The notes below the pieces were generated by a model. The model was not told the origin of the DNA. It made no database searches and was given only the letters and a program-made list of their open reading frames with translations. From NCBI RefSeq assembly GCF_964355755.1, contig NC_092672.1:25240437-25304436 (forward strand): a DNA stretch of 64,000 bases, written 5' to 3'. Shown piece by piece: positions 47,159 through 57,202 of the stretch. Origin of the DNA: Antedon mediterranea (Eukaryota > Animalia > Echinodermata). Every line of letters begins with the position of its first letter. The first letter of the stretch is position 1. A program made the position numbers and the translations under genes.

Positions 47159-48823
47159 ATGCACGGTCAAAAGAAGATTTTATCGTTTGGCAAATTGGAT
47201 AATACAATCGATCCGTTGGTGACTGTGAACAGCCGAGGTTCTTTTGGCGTTGTCCATTCGATAGAGTCTGGTTTAGTTGAAAAATTACATTGTGGCAATC
47301 AGAATAGCAGCGATGCACGAGTACGTTTAACATTCAACAAGGAAACTTTCATTTTAGCTTACGCAAACTACTTTGACAGATTGAAACGGTACACGCCGCA
47401 GATATGTCAGGCAGTCGTCGATTCAGGAGTGACTCAATGTTTGCGCATGACAAACGAAGGTTTTGACTTGTTTACAATACGGATGACAATGCAAATGTTG
47501 CCGTGCGTGCTTACACTTTATCGACATGTTGGCGAGGGGCTTGCTTTTCTGGACAAGATAGGAGTCGCACATAACGACATAACCATCAGGAATGTGACGT
47601 ACAACAGACGGCAGGGCCGATTCAAGTTTATTGATTTTGGTTCGGCCGAAGTACATCGTCGAAAAATGATCGAATTTGAATCGAGCAAAAAGGTCGGCTT
47701 ATTTGGAGGTGTTGGATGCGTTCACGGAGAATCGATAGCCTCCGCGTACATACCATCGGACATGCCGATCTACACAATGGACGTTGACACTGGATTCGGA
47801 GGAGTGCGCAGCGTAGAAAGACTAGTGTCCATAGGGTATCGAGATATCAGTCACGTGATGACAGACAGAGTGGTGAAACTGCTGAATAGTGAATCGGACG
47901 TGTTTTCTGCCGCAATGACCGTGGTGACGGCCACAATGTACAACGAATGCCAACAATTTGATGAGGTGCAATACACAGACATGAAAAGACTTGGAGACAC
48001 TGGGCAAAAGTCGAAGATATTACACACTCTTGTCGGCCTCTGCAGACAATTTGTGAAGATAAGAGGTGGTATGACAAAATTCGAAACGGCTTACTGGTAC
48101 ACGTACGTAAACTCTGACATGAACATATGTAAGGCTCTGGAATGCCAGCCGTCCGATGAACTGCCTATACTGGATCGATATCGAAGTGTTCTCGGTGAAC
48201 GTTTTATCGATCGGCTTGTTGACAATTTAAATCCAATACCGGAGAACAGAAAGTCGTTTCTAGTGTTGAAGAACGACGTTCAATCACAGCGCACCAACAT
48301 CGAATCTATGGACATGTTATCGGTGAAGATGGTTGCGCAGAATGTCGTTCATTTGTTTTACAGAGACTTTCAAACGCTAGTTGGAGATGTGGTGTTTCAA
48401 GAAAGTGGCGCAAACATAACAGTTGATCATATGAACCTGTTGATTGACAACGCAGACGGCACGTTAGCGGTCGTGTTTGTTCGATCAGCATTGAATCTGT
48501 ATCGAAAACCTTCGTCATCGTCGTCGTCGTCATCGTCGTCGTCGGTAGAGTTTAGAGTTTACAACGACAGAGAACGTCGATTCTTGGTGTCATTGTTTCC
48601 AACGCATCGACAAACGACAGACGGTCATTTAGTTGTCGAGATTGAAAAGGATTCGTCAATCATTCTTCCTCTTGGAGTGAAGCAGCAAACGGTCACCGAT
48701 AGGGTTTTCAAAGAGATGTTAGGAAACAAAATAAAATCGATACACACGCCTATACGAGAAAACTCATGGTGCACGTCCAAGTCGAATCTACGTGTAAAAC
48801 AGCTGCCATCAATTTCTTCCTAG
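47159..48823 (+). CDS. Second viral Ser/Thr kinase (paralog of 40523-42163) with a GNAT-like C-terminus
   Basis: SRGSFGVV, VEK, NKET, AHNDITIRNV, FIDFGSAE, RDISHVMTDR, SDVFS, LNPIPENR. Confidence 0.85.
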   Translation: MHGQKKILSFGKLDNTIDPLVTVNSRGSFGVVHSIESGLVEKLHCGNQNSSDARVRLTFNKETFILAYANYFDRLKRYTPQICQAVVDSGVTQCLRMTNEGFDLFTIRMTMQMLPCVLTLYRHVGEGLAFLDKIGVAHNDITIRNVTYNRRQGRFKFIDFGSAEVHRRKMIEFESSKKVGLFGGVGCVHGESIASAYIPSDMPIYTMDVDTGFGGVRSVERLVSIGYRDISHVMTDRVVKLLNSESDVFSAAMTVVTATMYNECQQFDEVQYTDMKRLGDTGQKSKILHTLVGLCRQFVKIRGGMTKFETAYWYTYVNSDMNICKALECQPSDELPILDRYRSVLGERFIDRLVDNLNPIPENRKSFLVLKNDVQSQRTNIESMDMLSVKMVAQNVVHLFYRDFQTLVGDVVFQESGANITVDHMNLLIDNADGTLAVVFVRSALNLYRKPSSSSSSSSSSSVEFRVYNDRERRFLVSLFPTHRQTTDGHLVVEIEKDSSIILPLGVKQQTVTDRVFKEMLGNKIKSIHTPIRENSWCTSKSNLRVKQLPSISS

Positions 48824-49545
48824 TGAACGTGGTGTCGTCGCAGAACATTGCTCATCGATACGCGTACGACAAACGTGAAAAGACACATTCCATACACATG
48901 CGAGGAACCAAATTACAAGACGACATGGTAGAATTTCAATCGCCGTTATGTCGAGGATCCACCGCCTTGTCGTTTGCATCCACCGGCTCGACAAACATTA
49001 CGACGAGAGGAAATTTCAACGTACGAACAAAAACGTCATTGAATTATCAATTTCATCAGACACTGTTATGGGGAAAGTTCAAGAGCGTTCCGATGCACAC
49101 GTCTACAAATAACCTGAATCACGCGGGAAGAATTTATGGAATTCGAGACAATCCATCGGTTGTTGTGGAACGCCTCAAGTTGAACGAATCTCAGTCGGTG
49201 GACAGTAACGATCGTTTCCCATCCATCAAGTTTACAATCTCAAACGATCGCAAGGACGGAGGAGACGGACGCAATCGAAAGTTTCAACTGTTTTCACCGT
49301 CACTCCGTTGCAACACGCAATTTCAAACGGTCGATTCACTCAAACGTACCGGCCGCATATTTCTCGATACAATTCTAAGACACATCAACGATTTCGATTC
49401 AGTTGACTGTCGACTGTCTATGGAACATGAACTGCAGTACGGTAAACCGTTGACTGATCAGAAACTGTTGCAAATCAATGTAGCATTCCATTACATGTGC
49501 CGTAAACGATCTGGCAGCAAACGAAAACGCTATCAATTGAAATGA
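48766..49545 (+). CDS. Divergent TATA-box-binding protein (TBP)-like
   Basis: FFLVNVVSS (TBP LQNIVST), STALSFASTGSTNIT (TALIFSSGKMVCTG), DRFPSIKFTI...KFQLF (ELFPGLIYRM..VLLIF); C-terminal NLS. Confidence 0.6.
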   Translation: MVHVQVESTCKTAAINFFLVNVVSSQNIAHRYAYDKREKTHSIHMRGTKLQDDMVEFQSPLCRGSTALSFASTGSTNITTRGNFNVRTKTSLNYQFHQTLLWGKFKSVPMHTSTNNLNHAGRIYGIRDNPSVVVERLKLNESQSVDSNDRFPSIKFTISNDRKDGGDGRNRKFQLFSPSLRCNTQFQTVDSLKRTGRIFLDTILRHINDFDSVDCRLSMEHELQYGKPLTDQKLLQINVAFHYMCRKRSGSKRKRYQLK

Positions 49546-49977
49546 CTCAAGCCGTTGTTGTTGTTGTTGGTGGTGGTGGTGGTGGTGGTGGTGGTGGTGG
49601 AAAATGTGTCATGAACGACGTATTCATTATACAACTCGGATCATCGCTACTCTACAAGAGAAGAATGCAAAAACAAAATAAAAACAAAAAAATCATATGA
49701 TGATATTTATGATGAAGTAGAAAAAAAAAATTAGGAAAAAAAATGAACTTGGAAGCATGTATTCAGATGCCAGTGCATGACCTGTATCGTGTATTGGAAC
49801 AACTTCACCAAAAAACTGACGTAAACAAACAATTAGTTTGTAGAGTAGAAGAGATTTTAGCAGAATACAAACACGAAAAACATTTACTTTCAACATTTAC
49901 GAAAATGTGTATAAGAAATAAATAATAAATGTTTATGTAATACAGTGTTTTTTTGTTTGTTTGTTGTTGTGTGTATT

Positions 49978-51114
49978 ATGGAATTGTTAAAGACAGTGTG
50001 TGTGTTGAGACTCGGACTTCCATCACCTGCCGTGCACGTTTCTTGGTCGAAACTTTTGACTGTAGACGATGATGACAAAAAAACTGAACGTTTATGGATG
50101 GCTAGATTAGACGATTTTACACAATTTATGGATCTATTTCGTACGCTAGACTCGATGCACGATTGGCGAATGTTCGTTGGATCGTACACTATAGACACTG
50201 TTGCAACGTTTCAATGGTACTTTGATGGTAAACGTTACGGTTCGGACAATCCTTACTTTGAGCTTCTCATGAGAATATTCCGACACTTGTGTTTATCGTA
50301 CAATCAGGGCTCGCAAGCGTCTGATTGTGCGCGCATTCTGGAGACGTGTCTCGATCAATTGTACGTAGGAGGTGATATACAAACGGGTAATCGGCCGAAA
50401 TTTCTTAAAGCTCGAGTCAACGAACCGATTCGATGGTTAAACGCTGACTTTCTTACAGCCGTTTTCTCGTTGCAAACGATGAACGACATGTTTGTAGATC
50501 TTGCCAATCGATCTCGAGACTTGGTTTTTCTTGGTCAAGAGAATGAGGAGGAGGAGGAGGAGGAGGATGACGGTAACGGGACTGTATTAGATTTCGAATT
50601 GGCCGACACTGACGTTCGAGCGTTCATTTCAGACGTGTCGTTGAATAGGCGCAATCCGTTACGAAATTGGTATCAGTATCGTCAGTACATCGATACAGTA
50701 TTCTCGCAGTTTGTATGTCCGTTACGATTACTCACAGAAGTGAATGATCGCAGCACGGCGTTCACGTCAAGTGCCGACATATTTCAACCGAGTGTATGGA
50801 AACGATTAGGTGCCATTGGAATCACGTTGCCTCCGTGCGTAACCGAATCAACCGTGTTACACGAACCGGACAGAGCAAGCACCGAGAGTGTGTTTTCTCT
50901 ATTTTTGGGCCGGCACAACGAATGTGATGATAATGATGATTTGTGTATTGACGAGAACAAAATCAAACGAGACAGACTTAGACGTTGTCTGCGTACCGGC
51001 GATGAAGTCGTGAACCCACCATCGTTTATTGGCCGACGTAGACTGTTGGACAATGTTACACTCGGTGTAGAAGACATGGACGCAAGTTACTCGTGTAATT
51101 GCAATGTATTGTGA
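49978..51114 (+). CDS. Hypothetical protein with an acidic tract
   Basis: Long ORF; AATAAA directly after the stop (51116). Confidence 0.75.
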   Translation: MELLKTVCVLRLGLPSPAVHVSWSKLLTVDDDDKKTERLWMARLDDFTQFMDLFRTLDSMHDWRMFVGSYTIDTVATFQWYFDGKRYGSDNPYFELLMRIFRHLCLSYNQGSQASDCARILETCLDQLYVGGDIQTGNRPKFLKARVNEPIRWLNADFLTAVFSLQTMNDMFVDLANRSRDLVFLGQENEEEEEEEDDGNGTVLDFELADTDVRAFISDVSLNRRNPLRNWYQYRQYIDTVFSQFVCPLRLLTEVNDRSTAFTSSADIFQPSVWKRLGAIGITLPPCVTESTVLHEPDRASTESVFSLFLGRHNECDDNDDLCIDENKIKRDRLRRCLRTGDEVVNPPSFIGRRRLLDNVTLGVEDMDASYSCNCNVL

Positions 51115-51184
51115 GAATAAAAAACCACAAAGAAAAAAAACAAACAAGTTGTTTATTTATTATTGAATTTTATTTATTTTTTTT
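51115..51184. terminator. Shared polyadenylation region of convergent genes
   Basis: AATAAA on + and several TTTATT (AATAAA on -) within 70 bp between the two stop codons. Confidence 0.6.
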
Positions 51185-53428
51185 TCAAGCGCAGAAAGCA
51201 TGTGCCCGTTTACAAAGGGCATCGTGACAGCGTACAATAAACAGTATTCTTTTATCTTCTTCTTGCACGCTGCTAAAAACGTGCTCGTTCTTTCTAACCT
51301 GACGTTCTTCTTGGCTCGTTGTGCATACAACTTTAGCGCAACAGTCCACATTTGTTGTCTGCTGCTGCTGCTCATATGTTTTCGCGCGAGAGAGATGCAA
51401 TGGAACGTTTGCAATCATAGCGTACATCTTATCCATTCGTTCTTGTATACTTATGATATTGTTGTTGTAAGAAGAAGAAACGAGAACGCCCAGCACGGAA
51501 TCTGTATCAATGCGACAACGTTTTCTTAGACCTCTTAGTAGATCGGTTGCGCCCACTGTCGAATTGCAACAGGCAGCAGCCAACGGATGATACGCCACTC
51601 CGTTATGTCGGATGTAGTAGGGCACTTGTCGATACAGTCCAAAGGCGATGCACATTTGCTTGTACGCGGCAGAGCTAGTCTCTTTCTTGGACACTCTACG
51701 CATCATTAGCTCGTCTACTTGCTGCGAGTCTTTCAGTTTACAGACAAGTGTTTGCATGATGTCGATGCACGTATCTATGGCCGCGTTGCAATCGCGTTCC
51801 TTCAGAGCAGTTTCAACAAAGTTTTTATCCAGTTCTGTAAGTAATGGTTCAACGTCACATTTTAAGGTGAACATGCCAGTGGTGCTGATGTTCCCGTCGG
51901 CGTGCAAACACGCGTACCTTTTCTTCTTGTTGGTCAATAACAATCGACAGAGTGTCTCTCTGTGTACAAATTTCTGCCAGCTATCACCGCCGCCGCCGCC
52001 GCCGCCGCCTATAACCTGCGCAAATCTTTCTTCCAAACGTTTTCTGCTGCTGCCACAATCATCAGCTAGTTTCACAAACAATGAATCCGTGTCTCCGTAC
52101 AGAACGTGAGCTCCGTTATCTTCGGCGCATTTCTTTAGACGACAAAGTTGCTGTCTGCATTTCGAGGTCACGTAGTTGTACAGTTGAACACTGCCGGTAA
52201 TTACTAGACACCCTATGCATTCGTTGGCGGCTCGTTTGTAGGCAGTCGCGTGCTGCGGATGAGCATCTCGCCCCAACACCAGTCTCTTCATGATAGACGG
52301 CAAAAGACCTTCGCGTACGTTCCGATCGACAAAAGAACCGTCCTCACACATTGTTGAATAGTCTACATTCTTGTCTACTATAAAGCGTGGATAGTAGGAT
52401 TTGAAATCGTACACTTCTACGTGTTCGTGAATATCGGGTACAGTTTCCAGTACAAGACCACCTTTAACGTCTCGCGTCGATTTTCTACGACGAGTGTTTG
52501 GGAAAACAGTTTGTCGACGTATAGCCTCGCGGCAAAGCAGGGATGAGAGCACCTGCGTTCTCGATGCGTTCGGGAACACTCCGACGAGTCTAGACACGTT
52601 CATCAGTGTATCAATCAATTTTTTCGATTCTACCTGTTTGCAATATTCTGGCAAAAGAGACGCGTCGTCTTGCATGGCCCCGTCCGATACGCTGGCCATC
52701 AACTCGAAACAGGATCGTCTACCAACGTACTCGTACAGGGAGTTTGGATCACAACATAACGTGCGCGCATCGTTCGTGGTGTCTAGACAAATGGGCATGC
52801 TATCGATCGGCACGTTCAATGTCTTACATCGTGCTCGTATGCTCGCTCTCACCCATTCTCCGTGATAGACGAGCACGTCAACTGAATCGAAAGATTTTAT
52901 GATTCCAAGCAGTATGCTTCGTTCATTGTCGTCTGTTGTTGCTGCTTGTACAACACTCGTACCGTCGTAAGACAGTGCCGCAATGATTCGTCCGTATACG
53001 TTCAATCTAATGATCAAGTAGAGAACGGACAGTTTTACAGGATGTATTTTTTCGCATTCAAAGTGCACTTGCTCATCATAGTGTACGTTCGAAACGAATC
53101 CATGCTCATTCAACGAGTATCGATGCCATGCACATCCGTGTACACCGACTGCACACTGAGCGTCCAGATCGTCGTCGACAGATGGAAGATTGCCGAAAGC
53201 GTTTATCATTCTCTTTCTGTTGTTTGATACAACTTTTCTGTATTTTCGATTCGATGCTACGTATTTGTCACCTCTGCTCATTACACAGTCACCGCACACG
53301 TCATCTTCAACGTATTCGACGAATTCAACATTGCTTGTCTGCAGCGACAAACGTCGTCCGATCGGGTCTGTACAACGAATTGTCAGTTTTTTCTGGCAGT
53401 ATTTCACTCGTGTAAAGTAGGCATGCAT
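51185..53428 (-). CDS. polB: Family B DNA polymerase, delta-like, compact (747 aa), exonuclease degenerate
   Basis: KGGLVLE...YDFKSYYP, REGLLPSIM, YKRAANECIG, VLYGDTDSLFV, LLLTNKKKRYA. Confidence 0.93.
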   Translation of the reverse strand: MHAYFTRVKYCQKKLTIRCTDPIGRRLSLQTSNVEFVEYVEDDVCGDCVMSRGDKYVASNRKYRKVVSNNRKRMINAFGNLPSVDDDLDAQCAVGVHGCAWHRYSLNEHGFVSNVHYDEQVHFECEKIHPVKLSVLYLIIRLNVYGRIIAALSYDGTSVVQAATTDDNERSILLGIIKSFDSVDVLVYHGEWVRASIRARCKTLNVPIDSMPICLDTTNDARTLCCDPNSLYEYVGRRSCFELMASVSDGAMQDDASLLPEYCKQVESKKLIDTLMNVSRLVGVFPNASRTQVLSSLLCREAIRRQTVFPNTRRRKSTRDVKGGLVLETVPDIHEHVEVYDFKSYYPRFIVDKNVDYSTMCEDGSFVDRNVREGLLPSIMKRLVLGRDAHPQHATAYKRAANECIGCLVITGSVQLYNYVTSKCRQQLCRLKKCAEDNGAHVLYGDTDSLFVKLADDCGSSRKRLEERFAQVIGGGGGGGGDSWQKFVHRETLCRLLLTNKKKRYACLHADGNISTTGMFTLKCDVEPLLTELDKNFVETALKERDCNAAIDTCIDIMQTLVCKLKDSQQVDELMMRRVSKKETSSAAYKQMCIAFGLYRQVPYYIRHNGVAYHPLAAACCNSTVGATDLLRGLRKRCRIDTDSVLGVLVSSSYNNNIISIQERMDKMYAMIANVPLHLSRAKTYEQQQQTTNVDCCAKVVCTTSQEERQVRKNEHVFSSVQEEDKRILFIVRCHDALCKRAHAFCA

Positions 53429-53431
53429 GTT

Positions 53432-54241
53432 TTAGTGCACGGGACGTAGAAAGAGTTTCTTACAAAGACCGTGCTGGGTTGCGGCCACCTGATTGCTTTT
53501 AATTGTTCCGTTGGCAAGAGTCAACATGGACATTAAATCGTGTTTTGTTGAATACGAATGAAACACTTTACAGAGTGACTGAATAAACTTATACTGACGG
53601 TCCAGGGTCGAATACGTAATGGATACGTCACAGCCTCTCGGCAACGATTGAGGCTGCACGACAATTGTTTCGTCTACTTGACAAGCTTGTATGAAAAAGA
53701 GTTTAGGTTTTCCGTTCAACGTTTCACATTTTTCGAAACAGTCGACGATTTCAGTGACATTGACAGTACCGTGAGTGAGAATGCACACGGCAATGCAATC
53801 TAGTCTAGAGTGATCGTATTCACTTAGACGTGTGAGCAACGTCTTCGTTTCTATGGACGTCAGATTGTGATTAACAGACAGTTGGAAGCCGAGATAATTG
53901 AAGACATTTTCAAGCGCTGCACAATCATCATCATCATCATCATCATCATCATAATTGTTGATGATTACTGTGAAACCGCGCGGATTTGAAGTCATCTTGT
54001 ACTCGTTCAATCCGCCATCATGGATAGAATCGATAAATGCATTGTACGCAAAACTACCTCGTGTTTCGATGTCGATCAACAATCGTTCACGAGCGTTCGT
54101 GTTAGATAAAATTGCATCCATCTTCTTGGTCGAATACACGCCTTTCTGTACCAATTTCTCCATTACTTCTCTAATGCTGTTTATGTTACGAATAAAATAG
54201 AGACGATTTTGACGCAATTTTTTCTTGTCTGATCTGTTCAT
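53432..54241 (-). CDS. CARD-containing caspase homolog with deleted substrate-binding loops
   Basis: CARD-like LRQNR...LLIDIETRGSFAYNAFIDS; YKMTSNPRG..IINN, CILTHG, GKPKLFFIQACQ, FIQSLC, LCKKLFL. Confidence 0.9.
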   Translation of the reverse strand: MNRSDKKKLRQNRLYFIRNINSIREVMEKLVQKGVYSTKKMDAILSNTNARERLLIDIETRGSFAYNAFIDSIHDGGLNEYKMTSNPRGFTVIINNYDDDDDDDDDCAALENVFNYLGFQLSVNHNLTSIETKTLLTRLSEYDHSRLDCIAVCILTHGTVNVTEIVDCFEKCETLNGKPKLFFIQACQVDETIVVQPQSLPRGCDVSITYSTLDRQYKFIQSLCKVFHSYSTKHDLMSMLTLANGTIKSNQVAATQHGLCKKLFLRPVH

Positions 54242-54302
54242 TTTATTTAGTAATTTAACCACAAGTCGTCAGAGTGCAATCTGAACGTCAATCATTATTA
54301 GT

Positions 54303-55340
54303 ATGCCTTTTTATGTGAATTATGGAATTATGTTTGCGCTCAGTTTGAAATCGCCACACGTTCCAACAAAGGCGCATTTGATAGCTTCCGATTTCAGCGG
54401 TACGTCGAGAACGATCACTAGCACTGCATCATTTCATCAAAGCCAACAGGATACGTATGAATTCGAACTTTGGTTTCGAACGTGCTCGCCTAAAGAGATT
54501 CGACGAATTGCCATCGCGTTAGAGCTTCGAGACGGTAGGCATAACTTTGGCGCACGTGTGTACAATTTCTGTGAAAACCAACGGTTGTACGATGACGGAG
54601 TTTCCATTGTTTTGACAGTGATAGAAGCGGAACGACGCCATCGCACTCGTCTTGTTGTCGACGAAGATCAACTACTCGCTTCACGTTCGGACATGGTGAA
54701 AACACAGACTTGTATGTTTCCGTTATGGAAAATGACTGCGCTGTGTTGTAACGAAAAAGAACGAGACGATTTCTTCCAGTACAACAAGTTTCTGGACAAC
54801 AAGCTGGCAATCGATTCGACAGTTTCTCCGAGTAGTAATAGAGAGCACAGACTGTTGCGATTGATACGCTTGATTCCATCGTTGATGCTTGTGCGCCGGG
54901 ACGTTCGTCTTTTGTTAAGCGTTGGAATACTGTTGGATGCAGCCGAATACAGTGGATTTTGCGAAACGTTCCAGAGATGGCGTCCGTGCGTGGACGTTTC
55001 AAACGATGAATACAATGTCGGTCTGTACGATCCGCAACAAAACCTAGTGTTCACGGGCGATAATCACCGACAGCGCGTGGGCGTAGAAGGAATCGTTCAT
55101 TGGAAGACAAGAGAATGCGTACTATGGAACGGAAAAGCAGTGCCGCCTGAAATCAAGGAAGCGTGCACGAGAGAAGCTTCCACGATGTTTCCACTGTCCA
55201 TACCTCCGTTTGTCAAGTTCCATGAATGCATCGTGGACGATGTGCATTACTTTGACGTATTTTCTTACAGTGACGTTTGTGTACGACGAGCCGCGTCCTC
55301 CTTGACAACGATGGGAACAATCAGAACGGTGAACCGTTGA
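54303..55340 (+). CDS. Hypothetical protein, 345 aa
   Basis: Long ATG-initiated ORF in a gene block. Confidence 0.72.
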   Translation: MPFYVNYGIMFALSLKSPHVPTKAHLIASDFSGTSRTITSTASFHQSQQDTYEFELWFRTCSPKEIRRIAIALELRDGRHNFGARVYNFCENQRLYDDGVSIVLTVIEAERRHRTRLVVDEDQLLASRSDMVKTQTCMFPLWKMTALCCNEKERDDFFQYNKFLDNKLAIDSTVSPSSNREHRLLRLIRLIPSLMLVRRDVRLLLSVGILLDAAEYSGFCETFQRWRPCVDVSNDEYNVGLYDPQQNLVFTGDNHRQRVGVEGIVHWKTRECVLWNGKAVPPEIKEACTREASTMFPLSIPPFVKFHECIVDDVHYFDVFSYSDVCVRRAASSLTTMGTIRTVNR

Positions 55341-55984
55341 TATTCATCAGAGAGATTCTTGGCAATTATTTTGTGATTGATTTCGGTGGTTAGTTTGTTT
55401 TTGTTTAAGTTGAACAATTGCAACTGTCGAATCATTTGACACAGCGAACCGGTCACTCCATTTTCGACGACAATGGTGACAAATTTGTGGCAATTTAGAT
55501 TGTATTCATTTGTCAGTTGCTTTTTGAGTTTATTATCGAGGAAATTGAACGTTTCTTCGACCAACAGGCGGAACCAGAAAGCAACGCCGTAGTAACTTGA
55601 CAGTCCGTTGATTGTACGTTCGTTCCTCAATTCGGTTATGGGCACGTTCACAACGCTGGCGTACATTTCGACCAACTGCTCGATGGGCGATGGATCCTCT
55701 TGCAAATCTCGAACGTGTGCATCGGTTTCAAGTCGATTTTGAAGTTCGTCTCGTTCGTCGCTAACACTTTCCAGTTGACTTTTCAACTGTCGGTTGACGT
55801 TCGATAGCCTCGCGTTCTCATCGCTGGTCAATCTAAAACTGTTAATCAGCTTAGCGTACCTCTCACTCAACTCTGTAAATCGTGAATCTGTTAAAGTAGT
55901 ATCATTATCATTATCATCATCATCATCATCATTGTCGTCGTCAGAAATAGGCAATCGCAGTAAGGGTATACGCAGTGTGGACAT
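55265..55984 (-). CDS. Hypothetical coiled-coil protein
   Basis: ATG at 55984 (MSTLRIP), acidic tract, heptads in LSNVNRQLKSQLESVSDERDELQNRL. Confidence 0.7.
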   Translation of the reverse strand: MSTLRIPLLRLPISDDDNDDDDDDNDNDTTLTDSRFTELSERYAKLINSFRLTSDENARLSNVNRQLKSQLESVSDERDELQNRLETDAHVRDLQEDPSPIEQLVEMYASVVNVPITELRNERTINGLSSYYGVAFWFRLLVEETFNFLDNKLKKQLTNEYNLNCHKFVTIVVENGVTGSLCQMIRQLQLFNLNKNKLTTEINHKIIAKNLSDEYQRFTVLIVPIVVKEDAARRTQTSL

Positions 55985-56018
55985 TTCTAAAGTGTGTGTG
56001 TGCGCCTGTGTGTTTGTG

Positions 56019-56369
56019 ATGAATCGATGTACGCAAATGGATGTTTGCAGATTCTTTTCGGAAAAGTACAGAGTAGATGACTTTGTAGAGAACGATGTGA
56101 ACGGAGTCGTGTCTATGGCCACCGATCGATACGTTAAGAGTGTTGACAGTCTATGCGCTTCTTTGAAGAACTTGAAATGTCAGCGAAATGCAACAGTTAA
56201 AGTTACATCACCAGCACCACCATCATCATCATCATCATCGTTGAATGTTGATCATCTTGCATCACCACCGCCACTGGCTGAGATGCAGATACCGTATTGG
56301 TTCGATGAACTGGAGCGTTCGATGAAAGGAAAACGAACGTGGTTCAGTGTCAACTATCGCATTATGTAA
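56019..56369 (+). CDS. Small hypothetical protein
   Basis: ATG at 56019, divergent from 55984, filling the gap to the protease 3' end. Confidence 0.5.
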   Translation: MNRCTQMDVCRFFSEKYRVDDFVENDVNGVVSMATDRYVKSVDSLCASLKNLKCQRNATVKVTSPAPPSSSSSSLNVDHLASPPPLAEMQIPYWFDELERSMKGKRTWFSVNYRIM

Positions 56370-57202
56370 TTCTGATGAGTAGCTTGCCAATAATTGAATC
56401 CGTCGTCTTTGAACGCAAACGATGCATCCACTGTCTGTGATGGTGGTGGTGGTGGTGGTGGAGGTGGGGCTAGCAGTTGTTTGCCCAACATTTCTGTAAG
56501 TTTCTCGAGACTGTTTATACGTTTTTCAAATTCATCGTCTGTGGTGGTGGCTGCTGCTGCTGCGGCGGCGGCGGCGGTGGGTTTAAGTTTTTTCTCTGGC
56601 GGTTCATTCGTTTCGTGTTTACGTTTTCTATTACCATGATCGTTCATTGTATTATTTTTGATTCGTTGTTCGACTGTTTTGAAGTAATCGTTGCAGACGT
56701 TAATCGTATTCTCGTTGTTTTTTGTCAACAATCGCTTGTGAATGTCTAGTATTTCGCTCAATGATGTAGCGTTTGTAACGTTCACTTGATCTTCCATTTT
56801 TGGAAAACGGCGCTTGAGCAAATCACCCAATTCGGTCTTGTTTGCCATGTTCAAGGTGGCATCATCGATGAGATCATTGGCGGCCTTAAACGAGGCGGCA
56901 ACGTCAATACCAGGATCCGTGTCCCATCGATCCGTCACCGCTTTAAAGTCTTTCATTTGCTTATTGTATTCAGGTCCGAGTCTTCCCTCCATCGTTTCTC
57001 TCAAACGGAGTATAAAGTCACCGAATTGTTCACGCAAGAGATCCACCTCTTCCTTGATTTCTTGTTTGTCTTTTACGCTGCTCTCTTCCTTGTCTTTCAA
57101 CAGCGAGAGTAGAGCATCGAGTTTTTCCGGTGGTAACGTGTTCGCCATATCTTTCACTACTTCCAATTCCGCCAGCAAATTTTCTTCCTTCTTCACAGAC
57201 AT
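56354..57202 (-). CDS. Predicted nested, in-frame scaffold gene (UL26.5-like), 282 aa
   Basis: In-frame ATG at 57202 just after the protease domain; TATAAA on the minus strand at 57244-57239. Confidence 0.55.
   Translation of the reverse strand: MSVKKEENLLAELEVVKDMANTLPPEKLDALLSLLKDKEESSVKDKQEIKEEVDLLREQFGDFILRLRETMEGRLGPEYNKQMKDFKAVTDRWDTDPGIDVAASFKAANDLIDDATLNMANKTELGDLLKRRFPKMEDQVNVTNATSLSEILDIHKRLLTKNNENTINVCNDYFKTVEQRIKNNTMNDHGNRKRKHETNEPPEKKLKPTAAAAAAAAATTTDDEFEKRINSLEKLTEMLGKQLLAPPPPPPPPPSQTVDASFAFKDDGFNYWQATHQNYIMR

Noticed and set aside
51185-53428. Polinton/Maverick or adenovirus-type element
   Set aside because: PolB resembles RNA-primed delta-type enzymes; no integrase, A32 ATPase, adenain or jelly-roll capsid seen, and the protease is assemblin-type.
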